This document shows positions 9,996 to 19,244 of a stretch of 64,000 nt of DNA, piece after piece (position 1 is the stretch's first letter; every line of letters starts with the position of its first letter). The DNA is taken from the sequence record NC_019521.1; one strand, written 5' to 3'. The notes below the pieces were generated by a model. The model did no database searches. It saw nothing but the letters and a program-made list of their open reading frames with translations, and had not been told where the DNA came from. The position numbers and the translations under genes were made by a program.

Positions 9996-11228
9996 ATGAA
10001 TAAACCATTAATACTTAGAGAACTAATATTCCAACAATATTCTAGTTACGATAAGAACATCCAGATGTACAACATACATCTGGATGGTAACTTAAATGCT
10101 ACATTACATGCAATTTGTAACGATTTCAAAGTTATGACAAATGTAGCATTACATTTGAAACGTAATTTCCATCTAGAATATACAATCACTATTCCAAAGA
10201 ATACAAAACCTAATTCGTTAACATTGATTACTAATTTCGTAGAAGGTTTAGAAAAACTGATATCTAACGAAAACGTTTCATTATCCATCGTATTCAAAAA
10301 TATCAAATATAGAAACTCTGCTAAAGAAAATCGAGATAACGGTGAATGGATATTAGCAGATGGTATTAACGAAATCGATATTAACGAATTCGATTCTATA
10401 TCAACTAATTTCGAAAAATCTTTAGACTTAGTTAGTTCTTTCGAAGCTTTATACAATTGGAAATCTGAAGTATCTGAAGCTTTTAGAATCCTAGACATTA
10501 AGAAACGTAGATTCAGTTCTAGATTAAACGTTTCGTTACATTCTAAGGAAGATGAACGTGAATATCTTAAAGGTCTTGAGAAGAACTGTTCAACACTTTT
10601 CGCATTTTCAGATTCTGTGACATTACATAATCAAGCTCAATTAGATTACATAAAGAATTATTATGTTTCAGATACATATGATAAATTTAGACTTTTGAAT
10701 GGTAAAATAAACAAAGGTTTTAATGCTGAATTTATAGAATATCAAATGTCATTTTACAAATCTGTAAATACGATAAAGAAAAATCAATTGATTCAGTTCT
10801 TCGAAAACTATGATATAGAATACATATTTCCTTTTAGACTAACTGACCCGGATTGGGGATTTCAAAATCTTACTGATGAAGAGAAATCAAAAACTGTAGT
10901 AACTGATCCAACGAATTCGATACTATTAGTAACTGATGAAATACAAAAAGCTTTCATCGAATGTGTCAGAGGTTTGGATAAACGTACATTATTATTTACG
11001 TTATTCGATCTTATCAGAACTAAGAAAATAGATGTAAAGATTCCACTGTTTTCTAATCCTTTGAATATTTTACATCAGACAAGTATCGAAATACTTTATT
11101 TGATATACGATAATATCGATTTCAGATTCGATAAACATGATACTTTCGAAACTGACATTTACGATATGTTCTATGTAACTGGGAATACAACAAATTGGTT
11201 AAACAAAATAACAAAAACAAATGACTAA
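9996..11228 (+). CDS. Putative DNA arabinosyltransferase (Aat / RB69-type)
   Basis: Ordered motifs DGNLN, TIPKN, LHNQAQLDYI, IFPFRLTD, VTDPTNS and LHQTSIE match my recollection of the RB69-type Aat motifs DGNFQ, IPKN, LNPRQREYI, FWPFRISD, ITDPNDS and LHPGTIE. Needs a profile search. Confidence 0.55.
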   Translation: MNKPLILRELIFQQYSSYDKNIQMYNIHLDGNLNATLHAICNDFKVMTNVALHLKRNFHLEYTITIPKNTKPNSLTLITNFVEGLEKLISNENVSLSIVFKNIKYRNSAKENRDNGEWILADGINEIDINEFDSISTNFEKSLDLVSSFEALYNWKSEVSEAFRILDIKKRRFSSRLNVSLHSKEDEREYLKGLEKNCSTLFAFSDSVTLHNQAQLDYIKNYYVSDTYDKFRLLNGKINKGFNAEFIEYQMSFYKSVNTIKKNQLIQFFENYDIEYIFPFRLTDPDWGFQNLTDEEKSKTVVTDPTNSILLVTDEIQKAFIECVRGLDKRTLLFTLFDLIRTKKIDVKIPLFSNPLNILHQTSIEILYLIYDNIDFRFDKHDTFETDIYDMFYVTGNTTNWLNKITKTND

Positions 11229-11928
11229 AATACAAGATAAACAAGAATTCGATAGTTTAGATGAAGCTTATCTAACTTTACTAAAAAGTTTGATCGATTT
11301 AGAACCTAACGAATTAGGTGAACGTGAAATGTTTGGTATCGCTTTCGATATCAAAAATATTGATGAAACTGATCCTAAAACTAATTTCAGTAAAATCAAA
11401 GAACGTAATATCAATTTAGTATTTCAAAATGCTTTCGCTCGTTGGTTAATGTCAGGTTCTAATTCAGCTGATGAGCTTTTACCACTGAATAAACGAACTT
11501 CTCAGTTTAATGAAATCGAAGGTAGAAATCTTCTATATCCACCACGTATTCAGAATCAAATTTATGACATAGTTGATGAATTAACCGAAAATCCTATGTC
11601 AAGACGTGCTACATTATTGATACTTGACGAAAGGGATCAGATAGTTAGAAAAGAAAAACGTGAGAAATCTGATTGTAAGAAAGAATATCCTTGTACAATA
11701 GCATTACATTTCTTTATTCGTAATAACAGATTACATTCAAATGTTATGATGCGTTCTAATAATGCTGTTAAAACTATATGTTTCGATTTTTCTAATTTCG
11801 CTTTCGTACAAAATTGTATAGCTAGAGAATTAGATTTGAAAGCTGGAACTATGCATTATTACATATCAAATGCTCACATTTTACCTGAAGATTATGAACA
11901 TGCTTTAAAAATCTGTGAAGCTAACTAA
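11221..11928 (+). CDS. Thymidylate-synthase-family dCMP-modifying enzyme (dCMP hydroxylase/hydroxymethylase-like)
   Basis: SRRA, catalytic YPC158, MRSNN(178-181), Asp189 at the TS Asn177 specificity position, SNAHI. Short TS fold. Confidence 0.8.
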   Translation: MTKIQDKQEFDSLDEAYLTLLKSLIDLEPNELGEREMFGIAFDIKNIDETDPKTNFSKIKERNINLVFQNAFARWLMSGSNSADELLPLNKRTSQFNEIEGRNLLYPPRIQNQIYDIVDELTENPMSRRATLLILDERDQIVRKEKREKSDCKKEYPCTIALHFFIRNNRLHSNVMMRSNNAVKTICFDFSNFAFVQNCIARELDLKAGTMHYYISNAHILPEDYEHALKICEAN

Positions 11929-11956
11929 GAAACATTCGAATTGAGTTTGGTAATAT
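11928..11956 (+). promoter_or_regulatory. Phage promoter AGAAAC-N17-TAATAT
   Basis: Consensus-like; implies the next gene starts at ATG 11977, not TTG 11941. Confidence 0.55.
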
Positions 11957-11976
11957 TATACCAAACTCAATTTAAC

Positions 11977-13134
11977 ATGGCTAGAATAATAAAACTAGCA
12001 ATAATTGGTAACAGTGAGTATAACGATTTCGATCAGTTTACGAATCAGGTTACTGATGTATTGCAAAAATTAAAGAACACTACAGAAGACGTTTTGATCG
12101 AATATCATTACGTATCGATTGGTAGTAAATTAGGTGAATTGTCGAAGAGATTTCTAAATGCTAACCCAAAGCAACTCTATTCATCTCATACTATTCAATA
12201 CAAGAATCTTAATGCTAAACCTTGTACTGTAAGAATAGATAAGAACGGTGATTCTTATAACAGTTTAGCTCCTTTAGCTACACTTATAAATCTAATGAAT
12301 GTAGCAGATTATGTAATAGCTTTCTGGAATGGTACTGAAAAAGATTCTTTCATAAAAAGGGCTTTGACTAAATTCAAATCGAAATATTCTAAGAATTCTG
12401 AATATCGACAAAGATTACGAATAGTAAAATTCGAATCAGCTTGGATGCAAGCAAAAGGTGATTATGTTAAAGACATAGATCAGAATAAGGATTCATTGTT
12501 TTCAAAAGATTCTAAAGAATCGTATGTAACGATTAAAACTAAATTGAATACTATCAATCAGTCAGGATTAACACATGACGAGATAAACAAAAAGTTCAAT
12601 GATGTTGTAAAGAATCTAACAATAACTACTGAATCGCATTTACATGGTCCTAACTTTAAAATGTTACATGGTAATGGATCGTTAGAAGGTAAGCATACTA
12701 TCAGAATAAGTGGAACTCTCAGAAAGACTATGAATATCGAAAATCTTAACGATAATAACATAGCAACTGTAGCCTTTTATCTACCTGTAAATGAATTTGC
12801 AGATTTACTAAAGTTCATAATTTGGTGTCATGAAAACATAAAGATTATGGATGTTTCAGAAACTACAGAACTTCATAATAACGATGCTATAAATCCTCAA
12901 TGGTCTTACATGAATCATAAGGGTGAAAGTGTACATTTCTGTTACTATGAACAGAAACTTCCTGAAGTATCTTTCCAAATGATTAAGATGTATTCGATAG
13001 TTAACAATGTATCATACGAACAATTCGTAAATCTTTCACAATGGGGATTGTTTAACGCTAAAGGTTCTATCGTTTTCAAAGCTAGGAAATACTTGGAATG
13101 TTTACATGATTTGAAACTTATCCAAAAAGATTAG
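11977..13134 (+). CDS. SLOG (DUF2493/YspA-like) domain protein with unknown C-terminal domain
   Basis: KLAIIGNSEYNDF and ADYVIAFWNG resemble DUF2493 KLAIIGSRTFNDY and ADAVIAFWDG. Confidence 0.55.
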   Translation: MARIIKLAIIGNSEYNDFDQFTNQVTDVLQKLKNTTEDVLIEYHYVSIGSKLGELSKRFLNANPKQLYSSHTIQYKNLNAKPCTVRIDKNGDSYNSLAPLATLINLMNVADYVIAFWNGTEKDSFIKRALTKFKSKYSKNSEYRQRLRIVKFESAWMQAKGDYVKDIDQNKDSLFSKDSKESYVTIKTKLNTINQSGLTHDEINKKFNDVVKNLTITTESHLHGPNFKMLHGNGSLEGKHTIRISGTLRKTMNIENLNDNNIATVAFYLPVNEFADLLKFIIWCHENIKIMDVSETTELHNNDAINPQWSYMNHKGESVHFCYYEQKLPEVSFQMIKMYSIVNNVSYEQFVNLSQWGLFNAKGSIVFKARKYLECLHDLKLIQKD

Positions 13135-13165
13135 TACTTTATATTTAATCAAATACTTATACAAC

Positions 13166-13708
13166 ATGAAACATTTAATGACTATTTTCATGATGTTAAT
13201 AGTTTCATTAACGTCATGTAACAAAGAGGAAATCATAGAACCTGAACCACCAAAGAAAATCAAATACGAATTGTTTCTTTGGTCTCCCGCTAGAATGGAA
13301 ACTTATTTTCTGATACGAGATGATTCAGATAAGCAATATCAAAGTTTCTTAGATTACGCTGATTGGAATATGTTTGCAGGTCCTGAAGATCGTAATAAAT
13401 CTGAAATTACATTTTCAGGTGAAATGTTAGAATCTGAAACTTTAAGATTCCATTTACGTGGATTAGATTACGATTTAATGCCAATGGAATATAATTTCAA
13501 GGATTTCGTTTTAACTATAGACGATGAAATTGTTTATGTCGATAAAGGTATCAGAATACATGAAATTCAAATCATATATGAAGCTAAAACTGGTAAGGTT
13601 ACTGTAAACAAAAATACTAATTACGATAACGAATTACCACGTATTCCAGCTGACAGACTTGATAGCTATTATCGACCTAACTATACTATCAAAAGACCTA
13701 GAAATTAA
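13166..13708 (+). CDS. Lipoprotein (Bacteroidota-type signal)
   Basis: MKHLMTIFMMLIVSLTS-C lipobox followed by acidic NKEE. Confidence 0.7.
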   Translation: MKHLMTIFMMLIVSLTSCNKEEIIEPEPPKKIKYELFLWSPARMETYFLIRDDSDKQYQSFLDYADWNMFAGPEDRNKSEITFSGEMLESETLRFHLRGLDYDLMPMEYNFKDFVLTIDDEIVYVDKGIRIHEIQIIYEAKTGKVTVNKNTNYDNELPRIPADRLDSYYRPNYTIKRPRN

Positions 13709-13738
13709 AACTTACCGTTTCGCAATACCCTTCTCAAT

Positions 13739-13766
13739 GAAAACCTGATAGAAATATCAGGTTTTC
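13739..13766 (+). terminator. Terminator, 12-bp stem with GAAA loop
   Basis: gaaaacctgata-gaaa-tatcaggttttc. Confidence 0.75.
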
Positions 13767-13771
13767 TAGTT

Positions 13772-13800
13772 TGAAACTTTGTTCAAATCATTAGTACTAT
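13772..13800 (+). promoter_or_regulatory. Phage promoter TGAAAC-N17-TACTAT
   Basis: Consensus match upstream of rmlB. Confidence 0.7.
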
Positions 13801-13822
13801 TCATTTAAATCAAATAATAATT

Positions 13823-14845
13823 ATGTCAAATATTAAACGTTCAGTTCTTGTAACTGGTGCTCTTGGATTCATTGGTTCTAATTTCGTTAGAACTATGGCA
13901 AAAAGATATCCAGATTACTTATTCATTCCACTTGATAATTTCGGATATGCTGCAAACCTGGAACATATCCCAGTCTTTGAAAAACTTACAAACGTTACAA
14001 AAGTTCAAGAAATAACTTTAGGTAGTTTCGATGAAGCTGAAAACTTTATTCTAGCTTCAATTTTCAAAACTTATGACATTGATACTGTGGTACATTTTGC
14101 TGCTGAATCACATGTCGATAATTCGATTTCTAATCCTGACATATTCGTTTTAGCTAATGTCAAAGGTACTGTCGATTTATTGAATGTTGCTAAGAATTAT
14201 TGGGCTGATCGTAAAGATGTAATATTCCATCATGTTTCAACCGATGAAGTATTTGGGGCTCTTGGAATGGAAGGTTCATTTAACGATGATTCTAATTACG
14301 ACCCACATTCACCTTATTCAGCTTCAAAAGCTGCAAGTGATATGTTCGTTAAAGCTTATGCTACGACTTACAATATGTTAGTATCGATTTCTAATTGTTC
14401 AAATAACTTCGGACCATATCAACACAAGGAAAAACTGATTCCAAAAGTTTTAGACGCAATTAAGAACAAAACTGAAATACCTCTTTACGGACATGGTCAA
14501 AATGTTAGAGATTGGTTACATGTTTTAGATCATAACGACGCTATAGATATGATTATCCATCATACTTTGAAATCTAAAGAATCTCGTAGAACTTGGTTAA
14601 TCGGTGGAGGTGTTGAATTAACAAATATAGAATTAATCGATAGACTAACAGAATCTGCTAATGAACATGATAATACATTTGATTATAAGTCATTGATTAA
14701 ATTCGTATCAGATCGTGCTGGTCATGATTTACGATATTCAATAGATTCTAGCACCTTACGTAAAGAACTTGAATGGAAGCCAAAATACGACATTACTAAA
14801 TGTATACCTTACATGATCGGAGAAACTTTAGGATTTACGAAATAA
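13823..14845 (+). CDS. rmlB: dTDP-glucose 4,6-dehydratase
   Basis: GALGFIG Rossmann motif, HFAAESHVDNSI, HVSTDEVFG, YSASK, DRAGHDLRY. Confidence 0.92.
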   Translation: MSNIKRSVLVTGALGFIGSNFVRTMAKRYPDYLFIPLDNFGYAANLEHIPVFEKLTNVTKVQEITLGSFDEAENFILASIFKTYDIDTVVHFAAESHVDNSISNPDIFVLANVKGTVDLLNVAKNYWADRKDVIFHHVSTDEVFGALGMEGSFNDDSNYDPHSPYSASKAASDMFVKAYATTYNMLVSISNCSNNFGPYQHKEKLIPKVLDAIKNKTEIPLYGHGQNVRDWLHVLDHNDAIDMIIHHTLKSKESRRTWLIGGGVELTNIELIDRLTESANEHDNTFDYKSLIKFVSDRAGHDLRYSIDSSTLRKELEWKPKYDITKCIPYMIGETLGFTK

Positions 14846-15417
14846 TGAAAAACATACCAGCAGGAATTGAAGGATGTATTTTTATACAGAATTCACAATT
14901 TAAAGATGAACGTGGATCGTTCAGAGAAACTTTCAGTAAAGAACGATTATCGTTCATATGTAAACATGAATTTGTTCAGGACAATGTTTCGATATCACAT
15001 AAGAATGTATTACGTGGAATGCATATTCAAACAGGTGATTCTGTACAAGGTAAACTTGTTACATGTCTTAAAGGTAGATTAATCGATTTAGTTGTAGACA
15101 TTCGTAAAGATTCTCTTACTTACGGTAAGACTATTACAGTATTACTACATGAACCAAATATGTCGTTATTTGTACCACGTGGTTGTCTACATGGATTCAT
15201 ATCATTAGAAGACGATACAATCATGCATTACAAATGTGATAACTATTATTCGAAAGAACATGAAGTATCTTATGACCCTTTAAGTTTACCGGAAAATATA
15301 TTCATACAAATCGAACAGGGTTTTAATATCGGTATAGACGATTTGATTATCAATTCTAAAGACAGAACTGGTAAAATGATCTATACTAACGAAGGAATTT
15401 TAAGTTCATTCATTTAA
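14845..15417 (+). CDS. rmlC: dTDP-4-dehydrorhamnose 3,5-epimerase
   Basis: DERGSFRE, VQDNVS, VLRGMHIQ, QGKLV, HGF. TAATG coupling to rmlB gives start 14845. Confidence 0.9.
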   Translation: MKNIPAGIEGCIFIQNSQFKDERGSFRETFSKERLSFICKHEFVQDNVSISHKNVLRGMHIQTGDSVQGKLVTCLKGRLIDLVVDIRKDSLTYGKTITVLLHEPNMSLFVPRGCLHGFISLEDDTIMHYKCDNYYSKEHEVSYDPLSLPENIFIQIEQGFNIGIDDLIINSKDRTGKMIYTNEGILSSFI

Positions 15418-15420
15418 CAT

Positions 15421-16302
15421 ATGCTTACAAGAAATAGAAAAGGAATTATTTTAGCAGGTGGGTCTGGGACCCGCTTGCATCCATTGACTATCAGTGTTTC
15501 GAAACAGTTATTACCTGTATACGATAAACCAATGATTTACTATCCATTGACAACTCTTATCGAAGCTGGTATAAACGAAATACTTATAATATCAACACCA
15601 CAGGATAGAAATTCTTTCGAGAACTTACTAGGTAACGGTTCACAATTTGGTGTTAGAATAGAATACGCTGTTCAAGAAAAACCTAATGGTTTAGCACAAG
15701 CTTTCGTTATCGGTGAAGAATTCATAGGTAAATCTAAAGTAGCTCTGATTTTAGGTGACAACATTTTCCATGCTTCTAATATAGATAGATTACTTATGGA
15801 AGCTAATATGTCTGATAAAAATACGATATTTGCATATCGTGTAAATGATCCTCAGAGATATGGTGTAGTTGAATTCGATGAATATGATAACGCTGTTTCG
15901 ATCGAAGAAAAACCTTTGAATCCTAAATCTAATTACGCAGTACCAGGCTTATATTTCTATAATAACGATGTTATCGAAGTAGCTAAGACTATCAAACCTT
16001 CAGCTCGTGGAGAATACGAAATATCAGATATTAACGCATATTACTTAGATAAGAATCAATTATCAGTTAAAGCTTTTGACAGAAGTGGTACTACATGGTT
16101 AGATACTGGTACTATTCAGTCTTTAGCTGAAGCTTCTTTATTTGTTGAAGTCATGCAAAATCGTACCGGTAATTTAATAGGTAGCCCCGAAGAAGCTGCA
16201 TTTAGACATGATGAAATATCTAAAGACTCATTAATTGAATCTGCTAAGAAATATGATAAGTCTGGTTATGGTGAGTATCTTTTGAAACTTGTACAGAAAT
16301 GA
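15421..16302 (+). CDS. rmlA: Glucose-1-phosphate thymidylyltransferase
   Basis: GIILAGGSGTRLHP, SKQLLPVYDKPM, LGDNIF, EEKP, WLDTGT. Confidence 0.95.
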   Translation: MLTRNRKGIILAGGSGTRLHPLTISVSKQLLPVYDKPMIYYPLTTLIEAGINEILIISTPQDRNSFENLLGNGSQFGVRIEYAVQEKPNGLAQAFVIGEEFIGKSKVALILGDNIFHASNIDRLLMEANMSDKNTIFAYRVNDPQRYGVVEFDEYDNAVSIEEKPLNPKSNYAVPGLYFYNNDVIEVAKTIKPSARGEYEISDINAYYLDKNQLSVKAFDRSGTTWLDTGTIQSLAEASLFVEVMQNRTGNLIGSPEEAAFRHDEISKDSLIESAKKYDKSGYGEYLLKLVQK

Positions 16303-16312
16303 AAAACAAGAC

Positions 16313-16340
16313 TTGGAATGCTGTTTAAACAGCATTCCAA
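16313..16340 (+). terminator. Perfect 28-bp palindrome containing a -35 box
   Basis: ttggaatgctgtttaaacagcattccaa. Confidence 0.7.
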
Positions 16341-16353
16341 TCTTTAGTATAAT
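16325..16353 (+). promoter_or_regulatory. Phage promoter TTAAAC-N17-TATAAT (plus TATACATA at 16359)
   Basis: -35 variant at the palindrome centre with exact spacing. Confidence 0.6.
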
Positions 16354-16389
16354 CAATTTATACATATATCTATAAACTATTTAGAACTA

Positions 16390-17184
16390 ATGAAACACAG
16401 AAGTAAAATTCTAACGTGGGCTTATTGGTTAGCTTCCAGAGAAGCTGCAGCAGTCTTCGTTCTAATGGGTATCATTTCCCAATTCTCTCATGTTTATTTC
16501 ATAACATACGAAATCTCATCACTCGTTGGATTCTGGAAAATAGCTCAAGCTATTATCATGTCTTTGTTTTTCTCATGTGGTCTTGCATACTTCATTTTAC
16601 GTGGTGTAAATGAAGACGATGATTCTAAAGAAAACAAGAGGTCTAAGAATCTGATATTACTTTTCACTTGGATTGAAGCTCTTATTAACTTTGCTTATTG
16701 GGGTGGTCATTTGATTTATGATCCATTAATGAACAATGAACAAGTTAACTGGTTCCAATTTGGTATTTCTATTCCATTCGCGGTATTGATTCCAGTATTG
16801 TTGAAAGCTTATGGATTCTCTATCTTAGTTAATGAACCTTCTATGATTGAAGAAATCGAAGAAGAAACTTCAGATATCAGTGAAACTATGTACAATGAAT
16901 TACTTGATAAACTGAAAGAATCTGAAGAGAAATACAAAAATCTACAAGGTGCTTACAAAATGAAATTCACTGGTGAAACTGGCGGAAACAAAGTTATAGA
17001 TGTTGAATTACAACCTAAAGATTTATCAGTTATTGAAGAAACTAAATCTGAAGAATCGATTATAGAAGAACCTATAACTAACGAAATCGAAGAAACTGTA
17101 AAAGTTGAAGAACCTAAACGTTTATCAGTTACTGAAGAAATCGATTTAGAAATGCAAAAGATAAATGAGCAACAATCTACTTAA
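16390..17184 (+). CDS. Multi-pass membrane protein with acidic C-terminal tail
   Basis: About 4 hydrophobic helices followed by a Glu-rich region. Confidence 0.7.
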   Translation: MKHRSKILTWAYWLASREAAAVFVLMGIISQFSHVYFITYEISSLVGFWKIAQAIIMSLFFSCGLAYFILRGVNEDDDSKENKRSKNLILLFTWIEALINFAYWGGHLIYDPLMNNEQVNWFQFGISIPFAVLIPVLLKAYGFSILVNEPSMIEEIEEETSDISETMYNELLDKLKESEEKYKNLQGAYKMKFTGETGGNKVIDVELQPKDLSVIEETKSEESIIEEPITNEIEETVKVEEPKRLSVTEEIDLEMQKINEQQST

Positions 17185-17506
17185 ATCTATAGTCAATTTC
17201 GATATTGACAAAGCTACAAAAGATTATACCAAGTTCTTAGAAACAGAACAAGCTGAAACTGTTATGAACAGTATCTTGCTAAACTATTCTGAGAACTTAG
17301 GTAGAATCGTAGAAGTAGCACATAAGGAAATGTCAGAAGATATTCTTGAACAAATACTTCAAAGATATTCTAACAATATGCTAAAGCTTTGGAATAATCT
17401 TCAAAATCTACATAAAGAATCTTATTTCGAATTCAATTTAGATAATCCTTTTAAAGACGAATTAGCAAAAAACGACAAAGAACTTTCTAATCTATTATTT
17501 AAATGA
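17165..17506 (+). CDS. Hypothetical protein
   Basis: ORF track; operon packing. Confidence 0.65.
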   Translation: MSNNLLKSIVNFDIDKATKDYTKFLETEQAETVMNSILLNYSENLGRIVEVAHKEMSEDILEQILQRYSNNMLKLWNNLQNLHKESYFEFNLDNPFKDELAKNDKELSNLLFK

Positions 17507-18165
17507 CCAAAATAAATGATATCGGTTTCGCTAAACTGAATTTAATCACAGCTTATGATGCTGTAGTTACATGTTTCAAAGATGTTGAAAAACTATTTAG
17601 AAACGATGATCATCTACATGAACTTAAATCTGTAGAATATTACAAAGGACAAGGATTACCTTATGAATTGCTAATCGAACGTTTATATCACGAACTTTCA
17701 AGACATCCAGTTTTCAAAGTCTATACTAAACGTAAGCATGTGAATAATATCAGTTTGATTAAAGGATGGGCTGAATTACTTAGTAATGCTAATATAAAAT
17801 CGACTTATAGTTTAGAACAAGTTTTCAAATCTGTATTTCAAAATGTTAAAACTACAGTTTACGATGGTCAACGTTCAGCTATTCAAATATTCTCACATTC
17901 TTTTACGAACAAAGAAACTAATGTTAAAGTTTCTGATTTAACTGAGATTCCTGATAAAGCTATAAGGATAACTAAATCAGAAACTGTTGATTCTATGTAT
18001 CTTATCGAAGAAACAGAATCTTATTGTAGATACGCTTTCAAGGAATATGAAGACTCCAGAATATTCGATTTAAAGATTTTGAAAGCTTCACCATATCTAG
18101 AAAATCGTCATTATACAGGATATTCTATATCTGACGCAGTTGCTTACATTTTATTTTTACGATAA
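17503..18165 (+). CDS. Hypothetical protein
   Basis: ORF track; ATGA overlap. Confidence 0.65.
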   Translation: MTKINDIGFAKLNLITAYDAVVTCFKDVEKLFRNDDHLHELKSVEYYKGQGLPYELLIERLYHELSRHPVFKVYTKRKHVNNISLIKGWAELLSNANIKSTYSLEQVFKSVFQNVKTTVYDGQRSAIQIFSHSFTNKETNVKVSDLTEIPDKAIRITKSETVDSMYLIEETESYCRYAFKEYEDSRIFDLKILKASPYLENRHYTGYSISDAVAYILFLR

Positions 18166-18371
18166 TGAGTAGATGGAAATTATCAGACGGTTCTAGTGCT
18201 GTCGAGGAAGTATTCAATGAACTTGGAATCGTTAATGAAGAAAACATACAAGTTACTATAGATATTTGGAAAGATAGTTTAACTGATATCACTGATATCA
18301 CTTTATTGCAGAAAACTAAAGACGATATCGAAATTTTCAAAGACATGTTAAAACATATGAAAAATCTGTAA
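18165..18371 (+). CDS. Hypothetical protein
   Basis: TAATG coupling. Confidence 0.65.
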   Translation: MSRWKLSDGSSAVEEVFNELGIVNEENIQVTIDIWKDSLTDITDITLLQKTKDDIEIFKDMLKHMKNL

Positions 18372-18375
18372 ATAA

Positions 18376-18417
18376 AAACCCATGTAACTGAAACTTACAT
18401 GGGTTTCGTAGTATAAT
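18376..18417 (+). repeat. Hairpin-promoter cassette 1 (stem-CTGAAAC loop-stem + TAGTATAAT)
   Basis: aaacccatgtaa-ctgaaac-ttacatgggttt; TGAAAC-N17-TATAAT. Confidence 0.85.
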
Positions 18418-18480
18418 ACATTTAATTAATTAAATGCATTTCGTTACTTTGTAACATATATACAAAAAATACTTTCAATT

Positions 18481-18684
18481 ATGGCTAAAACTACATTAAC
18501 TCCACAAGAAATCGAAAAGGCTAAGGAATATTTCGGAAGAGGTGAATATCTTCATTTGGAAATCGTTTCGTGGAAAGACGAACCGTCATCATTCCCTTTC
18601 GTGACTTCATTGGAAGAGCTTATTAATGCTTTCAAACTTTGGGGTGACGCTAAAGATGTAAGACGTCTTTCGATCGAATGGTAA
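18481..18684 (+). CDS. Hypothetical early protein
   Basis: TTCAATT-ATG start after cassette. Confidence 0.7.
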   Translation: MAKTTLTPQEIEKAKEYFGRGEYLHLEIVSWKDEPSSFPFVTSLEELINAFKLWGDAKDVRRLSIEW

Positions 18685-18713
18685 TCTATTTCTAACTTTT
18701 ATTTTTTTCAATT

Positions 18714-19241
18714 ATGTACTTATCAAACATATACGAATCTTTCGTAGATTCTCAGATTTCTAATCCGTTTATCAATAACATGATTAAGAATCTTCCTTTC
18801 GAACAAATCACAGAAGGTAAATTTCCTGAACTGTTAAATACGTACCCCGAAGGTGTACGTAAAACTATCGAAGTTCTTCCAAATATTCTACACAAGCTAC
18901 ATACTTATTACAATGTTCCTGTAAAATGTGTTAAAGTAAATCACGAGTTGGAATTCGAACATGTTTCAAGTGAATGTACAACTGTTCAAGCCTTTCAATC
19001 TATTGTAAAGGCTGATCTTTGTACTAACTTTTCATTTACTGTCGATTTCGATAAGTTTACTGGTAGATTACCAATTAACAAATATCATCAAAAACGTACA
19101 CAGGACGATATTTTCATCATTGTAAGAAAACATTCAGGATTCATAAGTGTCGAAATCAGTGTATTCGATTACAAATCGTTTATCAGTAATGTAGAAATCG
19201 ATGAAATATTCGATCTTATCGTAGGTACTCCAAATTTCTAA
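18714..19241 (+). CDS. Hypothetical protein, paralog of 22858-23391
   Basis: Shared NLPFxxITxxxFP..YNVxV block. Confidence 0.7.
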   Translation: MYLSNIYESFVDSQISNPFINNMIKNLPFEQITEGKFPELLNTYPEGVRKTIEVLPNILHKLHTYYNVPVKCVKVNHELEFEHVSSECTTVQAFQSIVKADLCTNFSFTVDFDKFTGRLPINKYHQKRTQDDIFIIVRKHSGFISVEISVFDYKSFISNVEIDEIFDLIVGTPNF

Positions 19242-19244
19242 ATC

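Noticed and set aside
11221-11928. Canonical thymidylate synthase ThyA
   Set aside because: Asp at the Asn177 position, RSNN motif and short length.
11941-11976. Track starts at 463, 11941, 14800, 46993 and 56881
   Set aside because: Promoter position or stop/start coupling favours ATG 505, 11977, 14845, 47035 and 56923.
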